Of a stretch of 32,000 bases of DNA, positions 17,983 through 24,573 are shown piece by piece (position 1 is the stretch's first letter; the number at the start of each line of letters is the position of its first letter). The notes under the pieces are model-generated. The model was given only the letters and a program-made list of their open reading frames with translations. It was not told the origin of the DNA and did not search any database. Source of the DNA: Erysipelothrix inopinata. Its GTDB lineage: Bacteria; Bacillota_I; Bacilli_A; Erysipelotrichales; Erysipelotrichaceae. The stretch spans positions 780,001-812,000 of the forward strand of contig NZ_CP060715.1 in the NCBI RefSeq assembly GCF_014396165.1. Direction: 5' to 3'. The position numbers were made by a program, and so were the translations under genes.

Positions 17983-18246
17983 ATGACAATAATTAGTAGA
18001 ATTCGAACAAATGGTGAAAATGTAATTGTTCCTATGGATAGTATCGGAATTGTAGTTTCTCAAATATATGCTGACAGAGTTTATGATATTATCAAATTTG
18101 ACCCAACAGATGATAACTATCGCCTTGAAGAAGTAACTGATTCAGGTTCTAAACAAGTTATATTCTTAAACTACCAACAGCTTTGCAACCTAATTGAAAA
18201 CAACGAAATAGTTGAGATTAGCAACGGAAGTGACCTAGTTTTGTGA
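17983..18246 (+). CDS. Hypothetical 87-aa protein whose last codons and stop are supplied by the IS3 end (C-terminus altered by insertion)
   Basis: Strong SD AAGGAGG 7 nt upstream. The ORF runs from unique DNA into the IS inverted repeat that starts at 18231. Confidence 0.55.
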   Translation: MTIISRIRTNGENVIVPMDSIGIVVSQIYADRVYDIIKFDPTDDNYRLEEVTDSGSKQVIFLNYQQLCNLIENNEIVEISNGSDLVL

Positions 18247-18263
18247 GACACTCATAAAAAAAA

Positions 18264-19121
18264 TTAACCTAGGATTCTAGATTCTCGATACTTTACCGGG
18301 GATTTAAATTCCAGTTTTGCTTGTACTCGTGTGTTGTTATAATGTTTAATAAAGTTTATCACAGTTTGTGATATAATTTCATTGGAACTTTTCAGTTCTG
18401 GATATCGATAGAACGTTTCAGACTTTAAGGTGGAATGAAACGATTCGATTGGAGCGTTATCTGCAGGTGTGCCTTTTCGGGACATACTCATGGTAATGCT
18501 CTTTTTATATACTGTTTCCTGATAGATTTTTGATGTATACACGGTTCCTTGATCCGAGTGAAGTATACACCTATGCTTTATTTCAGGAAGTTGATTTAAG
18601 GTATCCAGCACAAAATTTGTATCCTGTGTATCGTCCAACGAAAAAGCAATAATTTCGCCATTATAAAGATCCATAATAGTAGATAAATATAATGTTTTTT
18701 CTCCCCATGGAAGATATGTAATATCCGTTGACAGTTTCTCTAATGGACGATTTGCGGTAAAGTCACGATCAATTATATTACTGGCAACAATCGATTCTTT
18801 TCCTTTAACGTGTTTAACTTTCTTAGGTTTAACCCTACATTGTAGATTGAATTTTTGCATAATTCTCTGAACAGTATTTTTATTTAAATGGTTTCCTTCG
18901 TCTTTAAGTATTCCTTTTATTGTACGATAACCATATTCATAATTCGTTTCTTTGCATTTTGATATTACTATTCTCTCATTATAAGAAATTTCATTTACTT
19001 CTATTTTGTTTTTCCATCTGTAGTATGTTGATCGAGGAATATCAAATAACTCTAGAATTAACTTAATTGGCATCAAATCCTTGAATTCATTTACAATCTC
19101 AATGATTATTTGTGGTACCAC
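18264..19121 (-). CDS. IS3 transposase OrfB (DDE/rve catalytic part), expressed as an OrfAB fusion by -1 frameshift
   Basis: rve-type blocks (LSTDITYL, HSDQGTVYTS, ADNAPIESFHSTLKSE). The -1 frame is open from the A6G site at 19148-19142. Confidence 0.88.
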   Translation of the reverse strand: MVPQIIIEIVNEFKDLMPIKLILELFDIPRSTYYRWKNKIEVNEISYNERIVISKCKETNYEYGYRTIKGILKDEGNHLNKNTVQRIMQKFNLQCRVKPKKVKHVKGKESIVASNIIDRDFTANRPLEKLSTDITYLPWGEKTLYLSTIMDLYNGEIIAFSLDDTQDTNFVLDTLNQLPEIKHRCILHSDQGTVYTSKIYQETVYKKSITMSMSRKGTPADNAPIESFHSTLKSETFYRYPELKSSNEIISQTVINFIKHYNNTRVQAKLEFKSPVKYRESRILG

Positions 19122-19426
19122 TTCCTTTCCTTCTCTTTGTACTTTTTTAATATCTTTATTTGATTCTCCAATATTTTGTTTTTAATTTCTAAACTTTCTT
19201 CTTTCGACCTGTCAGTTGGTCCATGACCATAACTATATTGTTGTCCAGGTGACTGTGACAATCTCTCAATTTCACCATCACGATACCAGTAGTACCAAGT
19301 GTATACTTGCGATTCACTTTTAATATCTAACATCACCTGAATTTCTTTTACGCTGTATCCCTCTTCTTTGAGCTTGATTGCTTCTAGTTTAACCTCTAGA
19401 GGGTAATAATTGTTTTTCTTAGCCAT
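19106..19426 (-). CDS. IS3 transposase OrfA (HTH part)
   Basis: MAKKNNYYPLEVKLEAIKLKEEGYS..., with SD AGGAGGTG upstream of the ATG at 19426. In the orfA frame the sequence reads TTA AAA AAG at 19150-19142. Confidence 0.85.
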   Translation of the reverse strand: MAKKNNYYPLEVKLEAIKLKEEGYSVKEIQVMLDIKSESQVYTWYYWYRDGEIERLSQSPGQQYSYGHGPTDRSKEESLEIKNKILENQIKILKKYKEKERKWYHK

Positions 19427-19528
19427 AATATAAAAGCACCTCCTATTGTACTTGTCATTGTCTAACAACGATTGTACGAATACAAGGTGCTTCTTTTTTT
19501 ATTGTGTCCCACTAAACTAGGTCAGTGC

Positions 19529-19555
19529 CAACTGATAGCATCAGTTGTTTTTTTT
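19529..19555 (+). terminator. Rho-independent terminator, probably the original terminator of the IS-disrupted 87-aa ORF
   Basis: CAACTGAT pairs with ATCAGTTG across loop AGC, followed by T8. It starts 5 nt after the IS end. Confidence 0.75.
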
Positions 19556-19684
19556 ATGTTTGATTTGGTTAATTAAACCATATCATTTTTAGAAAATTTT
19601 GATTGAATTTTGATTTCGCCGATACATCTTGCGAAAACAATTTTTAACTTAAATAGTCCTTAGCATTAACTTTTTTATTTACTT

Positions 19685-19894
19685 CTTTGACACCCTCACT
19701 GTAGCACAAACAGTCCCAATGCAACATTCGAAAATTTTTGAAAAGAACGTTGCAAAATTTTTCTCTCAAGCTACACTTCGTTATGGTTCACTCGCTTTGC
19801 TCGTCTTACACCCGTGCTAGCACGACTTCCAGCCATTGACTTCGTTTGTGTTGCATTACTCCCTTCAAGTTGTGCTAAGGATTGGGTGTCAAAG
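19685..19894 (+). other. Element A: ~210-nt nested long hairpin (structured leader, ncRNA or ssDNA element; class unknown)
   Basis: Three co-linear perfect helices: 11 bp (19685-19695/19884-19894), 8 bp (19702-19709/19870-19877) and 9 bp (19718-19726/19849-19857). Locally raised GC. No ORF. Confidence 0.5.
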
Positions 19895-19924
19895 GGATAC
19901 AGCCCAACTGGAGGAGGTGGTTAA

Positions 19925-20050
19925 ATGAATGAACCAATGATAGAAATACCGTTATCGTTATTCATATGGTTAATTAGTCAGAGTGAAAACGTGGAAATGG
20001 AATTAGGGTTATCAGTAGAAGAAGTCAAAAAGACAAAAGGAGCCAATTAA
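19925..20050 (+). CDS. Hypothetical 41-aa protein (below the ORF-track cutoff)
   Basis: Hand translation gives MNEPMIEIPLSLFIWLISQSENVEMELGLSVEEVKKTKGAN. Very strong SD GGAGGAGG at 19910-19917. Its stop lies 2 nt before the next ATG. Confidence 0.5.
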   Translation: MNEPMIEIPLSLFIWLISQSENVEMELGLSVEEVKKTKGAN

Positions 20051-20052
20051 AA

Positions 20053-20469
20053 ATGTTTTATTATCAAGTTAAAGAAATAAATAACCAAGTAGAAGTTTTA
20101 TGTTCATCAAATTATAAGCTACAAAAAAATGATGTCGTGGTCATTCCTGATTATGACAACGAACCAGCAACTGCACGAGTTCAAAAAGAAGTCCCCCCTT
20201 ACAAGGCATTAGTTTCACCAATCGAACCATTGGAAATTATTGATAAGGTTGAAATTAAAGAATGGGAAGCGAAACTAAAAAAAGAAGTCGAAAATAAAGT
20301 TATATTCAAAAAAATGCAGAACAAAATTAATGAAATAAAAGTACTGGAACAATTAGAAAAATTCGCAGTAAAAGATAAGGATATGGCGGAATTGTTAACG
20401 CAGTATAAAAACCATAACGATTCTGATGTGGAGAATTCTCCACAAAACGAAATAAAAACTGAATACTAA
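20053..20469 (+). CDS. Hypothetical 138-aa protein with a Lys/Glu-rich, probably coiled-coil C-terminal half
   Basis: ORF with SD AAAGGAG. I recognise no family. Confidence 0.6.
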   Translation: MFYYQVKEINNQVEVLCSSNYKLQKNDVVVIPDYDNEPATARVQKEVPPYKALVSPIEPLEIIDKVEIKEWEAKLKKEVENKVIFKKMQNKINEIKVLEQLEKFAVKDKDMAELLTQYKNHNDSDVENSPQNEIKTEY

Positions 20470-20492
20470 AAATTGTGGAGGAAACTCCACAA
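20468..20492 (-). terminator. Hairpin terminator whose U-tract lies on the minus-strand side
   Basis: TTGTGGAG 20473-20480, loop GAAA, CTCCACAA 20485-20492. An A5 run lies upstream (a U-tract for a minus transcript). There is no T-run downstream on the plus strand. Confidence 0.5.
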
Positions 20493-20685
20493 AGTATTCG
20501 CCGTCGCACCATTTAAAAATTTTTAACACTATGGACTTCAGATAACGTAAACTTAAAACGGTCTTTGACACGTTTTATATCTTCGGTACATAGTTAAATT
20601 TTTAAAAGACGCTCCAATTTAAGAATGACTTCAATACATTGTAAGAATTTTTTTACAAATATGCTATTTTAAATTAAGAATCTCG

Positions 20686-20836
20686 GTTGCACTACGGTAA
20701 GTGATGATTGGCGTGTGCCGTTAACGACACACTGGTCATGGGCACGGTCGCTTGCTCACTCTTATCGCCTATGGCGATGAAAAACGTTCTAAGAATATAG
20801 GGCGCCGAAGTGACGCCCTGGATGGAAGAACGAGAG
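20686..20836 (+). other. Element B: GC-rich hairpin cluster with an oriT-nick-like motif (class unknown)
   Basis: 64/120 G+C by hand count over 20701-20820. Hairpins at 20713-20732, 20764-20778 and 20799-20819. AAGTGACGCCCT at 20808-20819. No ORF. Confidence 0.45.
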
Positions 20837-20900
20837 TTATATATTATTTGAAAACAGTTCCCTTATTCTCGTATCAACTATTTAGGAGATTGTAGCACTA

Positions 20901-21107
20901 ATGCATATTTACAAGCATTTTAATGGAGCTTTAATAGAAGTGAGTGATCAGGGAGTAAAAACGGTAACTTTTGATGACATCCAATTCAATACTATAGGTG
21001 ATGTCAACAATTATATTAATTCTGAAGTATATATTTATAAGTTAGATAAGGAAAATAGAAATTCAGATTACTATTCTAAGGCATATTTAAAAGCTAAGAA
21101 TGAATAA
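20901..21107 (+). CDS. Hypothetical 68-aa protein
   Basis: ORF with SD TAGGAG about 10 nt upstream. I recognise no family. Confidence 0.5.
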   Translation: MHIYKHFNGALIEVSDQGVKTVTFDDIQFNTIGDVNNYINSEVYIYKLDKENRNSDYYSKAYLKAKNE

Positions 21108-21168
21108 TTAAAAATAGGTGAATACTGTTCCATAAAAATTTTACAATGATTGTGATATAGTAATGTAG

Positions 21169-21770
21169 CTAGCATTGACTGGGGGTAGCTGTCTTTAGAA
21201 CATATTTGTCAAAATCTGAGAATCTAGTTTGATATTCTTCCTTTGTATCAGTTATTTCTCTTAGTTCGTCCATGGGTATTTCTGGGTGAAGTTGACCTTG
21301 ATTAAACTTCATCATAATCCATTTGAATAAAATCAAAGAATAGTTACTATTTAGATTTTCAATTTCTGTAATATGGTACTGAGTGAAATTCGACTTTAAA
21401 TCAACAAGATACGGCATTATTAAGTCATTAAATCGTATAGAAACTATGTCATTATTATCACGGATCCCCATTGAAGCCTTGAAGTCACATTTATTAAGGC
21501 TTTCTCTTCATTCGGCAATTCTAAAACGATACCTTGTTGCGATAATCGTTGAAAAGATTGTTCCATTCTAGTAAATCTATTTGAATTATCCATGTCAAAA
21601 AAGTTAAAAATATCAACTTTGCTTAAAAATACTTCTTGCTTTGGAGCATTGGTATCTATACAAGAAACGGCCATTTCAAAAATTTTGAATGTGGTTCTAT
21701 CTAGCTTATTTATCGCTTGAATCATGTCATTGCCCTGAACCATTTTGTTTGTTAAGTTGAAATCGTTCAT
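21169..21770 (-). pseudogene. Rep_3-type plasmid replication initiator (RepB-like), frameshifted and C-terminally truncated
   Basis: Two consecutive ORFs (21444-21770, 21169-21471) together follow the Rep_3 pattern (N-terminal MVQGNDMIQAINKLDRTTFKIFEMAVSCI; then IRFNDLIMPYLVDLKSNFTQYHITEIENLNSNYSLILFKWI). The frame changes near 21470-21490. It ends at about 200 aa, whereas Rep_3 proteins are usually about 300 aa. Confidence 0.7.
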
Positions 21771-22064
21771 AACAGTACACTCCTTGAAATAATAGTAATT
21801 ACATTACCTCTGTTATTACTGGTGATATAATCACTGTTAAGTGCATATTTTCAAGCCTTAAAAGGATTTAAAAGAAATACTACTAGTATCCGAAAGATGA
21901 AATGATATGATAAATAAAAAGAATACCGAAAAAGAGTTTTATTTTGAAGGGCGATTAAACAAACTTTTTTATCCGCATTAGGGTTTTCAACAAGACAATG
22001 CAATCTCATAGCATGATCATTTCAAATACGTTATACTTAAAACAAGAGAAAAGGAGATTTTAAA

Positions 22065-22343
22065 ATGAAAAACTTTTTAAAAATTATTAAAAATAATTTA
22101 AGTTTAATTTGGATATCGATTTGTTATATATCTATAATGCTATATTTGCAATTATATAGTACTTTATTCACTTTTTCCTTTTTTGAGCTAACCTCGGTCA
22201 AAGGAGACGCAATTTGGGAAGTTCAAGAACTCATTAATAATTTAATTAAAAACCTGAACATTTTTTTAACAATAGGGTTCTTAATATTTATAATAATTCA
22301 TATATTGAACCGACAGATAATACATAAAAAAAACCCTAACTAG
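22065..22343 (+). CDS. Hypothetical small membrane protein (92 aa, 2-3 TM helices)
   Basis: ORF with SD AAAGGAG. Hydrophobic. Its stop is embedded in a terminator hairpin. Confidence 0.6.
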   Translation: MKNFLKIIKNNLSLIWISICYISIMLYLQLYSTLFTFSFFELTSVKGDAIWEVQELINNLIKNLNIFLTIGFLIFIIIHILNRQIIHKKNPN

Positions 22344-22351
22344 GGTTTTTT
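22326..22351. terminator. Rho-independent terminator
   Basis: AACCCT pairs with AGGGTT across loop AACT, flanked by A8 and T6. Confidence 0.7.
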
Positions 22352-22390
22352 CGTATATATGAAACTCTTGAGTTTTTTGAATTTTCAAAG

Positions 22391-22570
22391 ATGGAAACAG
22401 AAGAAAAAATCAAATTTTGTGAGCGAAAGATTATAGATCTTGAGAAGCTGTTTAAAAAGGAGCTTGCTACAAATTACGCAAAGAAGTGCTTTCATGAAGA
22501 ATTATTGCTTCAAAAAATGTTCTTTGAAAGAATGATCTGTCAATTAAAAAATAGCAAAGAATTTGTATAA
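22391..22570 (+). CDS. Possible 59-aa ORF (just below the track cutoff)
   Basis: Hand translation gives METEEKIKFCERKIIDLEKLFKKELATNYAKKCFHEELLLQKMFFERMICQLKNSKEFV. No convincing SD. Confidence 0.25.
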   Translation: METEEKIKFCERKIIDLEKLFKKELATNYAKKCFHEELLLQKMFFERMICQLKNSKEFV

Positions 22571-22757
22571 ATGCATAAGGAAACAACTTCATAATAATAT
22601 AGCAAATAAAATCAAAAGATATTTTAATGTGATTATGTAAATATGCCGTAAAGAAATTTCGAGTATCTTGTGAACTTTAATAAGTTCACTCAAAAATCAG
22701 AATTAATCATGGAATCCAGTGATACAATTAATTTATTGAAATCTGGAGGATTTAATA

Positions 22758-24401
22758 ATGGACTATAATGCACTGGCACAAGAAGTAATTAAAGAAGTTG
22801 AAATCCGTGAAACATTTATCAGAAGATATATTGAATATAAAATCACCGGTACAGAGGAAGCTACCGCAATCGATGGCATTGATTTTGTAGACGGAATTGT
22901 ATCAACAATTACATTTAAATGGAGTAAAGGTGTCGTGAATTGTGAAATGAACACCGACCTTATCAATAGAATTGAGTATTTTGAAGACGGATATGAATCC
23001 ATTCAAAAAACTGAACTAGAGGGTACATTCGGGGATATTTCGAGTAAGGAGTATAAGGAAAAAGTTTTTCCAATTATTATAAATGCAATCCAATCAAAAA
23101 TTGATCAGGAATCCTTTAAAGGAATATATGCTAGCAAACTAGTACTCAAGCTTGCCATTAATGAGAATGGAGTTAAAGTTAACCAAACTGTAAAATTAAT
23201 ATCAGATGTCAGAAATAAGAAGCTTCAACAATCGGTAGATGATTACTTTGAATCAGAAGAATATAAAATCTTTAGCTTCGTAGAAGATCGGTTTTCAATG
23301 GCTCATGCGCTAGATGTGGTCTTATCCAACCCCAATTCTAATATTGAACCCGAAGTGATTCTAGACTTCTTAGAAATCATTAAAGCGACTGCAATTAACG
23401 AAACGGGATGGCATACCTGGCTATATCCGATTCACTTCAAAGAAATATATAAAGAATACTCCAAGAAAAAAGATATCGATTTAAAACACTTAGATATCCT
23501 ATTTAAAATAGCACAAGATGGAATGATGTTTGCAGATGAAGTGAAGTATAAGAAAGTCGCTATGAAATTAATAGAAAATATTTCTAAACAAGGCTATCAA
23601 CCAGCTGTTGATATGATTGAAGAAGAAAATTCACAAAAAAATGATAATATAATTGAGATATCAACAAAGAACATTGAAATGACTTTTAATAAAAAAGAAC
23701 ACCTAATTGAGATAATGTTTAAGTCGAAAGGAGAAAATTCGTATAAAGAAGGAATCCAAGCAATTGTTGATAATATCAAGAATGGATTTCCTGGAAACTA
23801 CTTAATTTCCATTGTATCTAAAGATGGTGAAGCTACCGATAAAGAATGGTTTGAACCAAGCGATACTGAAGAGTTTTGGGATAAAGCTGCAGGTTACGAA
23901 TCACTGCATGATTTGATACGGGAATATCTTGAGTTAAACATGAGTGGTGACGAATATTACCTTGATAAATCAAGTGATGAAGCAATGTCTTTGGGCGGAT
24001 ATGCTGTCTGTTCCCTCGTTCTTGAGGACCCAAAACATGAAGATATATTTAGAAAATATATAAAAATGAATGACCAAGAACACTCACTGAAAGCTACAGA
24101 GATTGTGTCTGCATATATCAGCAAATACGGTATTACAAAAGATAATGTTGAAACAGTCATCACAGGGATGATACATGTAAATAATGATGAATTCTATGGT
24201 GACTTTGAAGGTTTAGAAAATGAAGATATTCTCGAGACCTTCATTCAAAAAATAATAGATATGGAAGTTGAGGGATGGGCTGTTGAGGAAATCATAGAAA
24301 AAATATGGGGAATTAATGATGAGTTTGAAGAACTAATTGGTGCGTCTTCAGGAAGATACAAGAGTTTATTAATGAAATTAAAGGAAATGTCTGAGGAGTA
24401 G
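22758..24401 (+). CDS. Hypothetical 547-aa acidic cytoplasmic protein (orphan)
   Basis: Long ORF with SD GGAGGA 8 nt upstream. No TM helix or signal peptide and no motif I recognise. Rich in E/D/K. Confidence 0.75.
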   Translation: MDYNALAQEVIKEVEIRETFIRRYIEYKITGTEEATAIDGIDFVDGIVSTITFKWSKGVVNCEMNTDLINRIEYFEDGYESIQKTELEGTFGDISSKEYKEKVFPIIINAIQSKIDQESFKGIYASKLVLKLAINENGVKVNQTVKLISDVRNKKLQQSVDDYFESEEYKIFSFVEDRFSMAHALDVVLSNPNSNIEPEVILDFLEIIKATAINETGWHTWLYPIHFKEIYKEYSKKKDIDLKHLDILFKIAQDGMMFADEVKYKKVAMKLIENISKQGYQPAVDMIEEENSQKNDNIIEISTKNIEMTFNKKEHLIEIMFKSKGENSYKEGIQAIVDNIKNGFPGNYLISIVSKDGEATDKEWFEPSDTEEFWDKAAGYESLHDLIREYLELNMSGDEYYLDKSSDEAMSLGGYAVCSLVLEDPKHEDIFRKYIKMNDQEHSLKATEIVSAYISKYGITKDNVETVITGMIHVNNDEFYGDFEGLENEDILETFIQKIIDMEVEGWAVEEIIEKIWGINDEFEELIGASSGRYKSLLMKLKEMSEE

Positions 24402-24444
24402 CTAAGTATACACTAGTTGCGGTACAAGGCGATATTTCGATAAG

Positions 24445-24479
24445 AATAACACGTGTTTAAAAGTACATGTGTTATTTTT
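24445..24479 (+). terminator. Rho-independent terminator
   Basis: AATAACACGTG pairs with CATGTGTTATT (one G-T pair), followed by a T-run. Confidence 0.75.
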
Positions 24480-24573
24480 ACAATAGAGTATTGAGTCTTA
24501 GAATTTCTAATTAAATCATAATGTTTGATAATTTATACGGGGAATGGGACTATAAATATAGTAGAGGTGGCGT

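Larger units (their letters stand above)
18231..19524 (-). mobile_element. IS3-family insertion sequence (1294 bp), apparently intact
   Basis: Terminal inverted repeats TGACCTAGTTTTGTGAGACAC (18231-) and GTGTCCCACTAAACTAGGTCA (-19524) match at 19/21 and have TG...CA ends. It carries orfA/orfB with an A AAA AAG slippery site. Confidence 0.88.

Noticed and set aside
17649-17996. 115-aa plus-strand ORF spanning the XRE gene end and leader C
   Set aside because: It starts out of frame inside the XRE gene and has no SD. The translation is Ser/Pro/His/Cys-rich and the region is better explained as a repeat-rich leader.
18226-19530. Target-site duplication flanking the IS3 element
   Set aside because: The flanks read GGAAG and GTGCC. 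No 3-4-bp direct repeat is visible, so none is claimed.
19685-19894. Retron msr-msd interpretation of element A (flanking inverted repeats around a structured ~190 nt)
   Set aside because: No reverse transcriptase gene follows. The downstream ORFs are 41 and 138 aa with no RT motifs.
19556-20900. Known riboswitch, T-box, tmRNA, RNase P, 6S, SRP or group II intron domain V in elements A and B
   Set aside because: I could not match any of their conserved cores by eye. No T-box specifier/antiterminator layout is present. The downstream genes are orphan small ORFs rather than metabolic genes. This still needs a cmscan to be definitive.
21383-21571. 62-aa plus-strand ORF inside the Rep_3 pseudogene
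   Set aside because: It is antisense to the Rep_3-like frames. It has no SD.
22763-24163. Four minus-strand ORFs (60-79 aa) inside the 547-aa gene
   Set aside because: They are antisense to a long uninterrupted ORF with a good SD. Their translations are low complexity.
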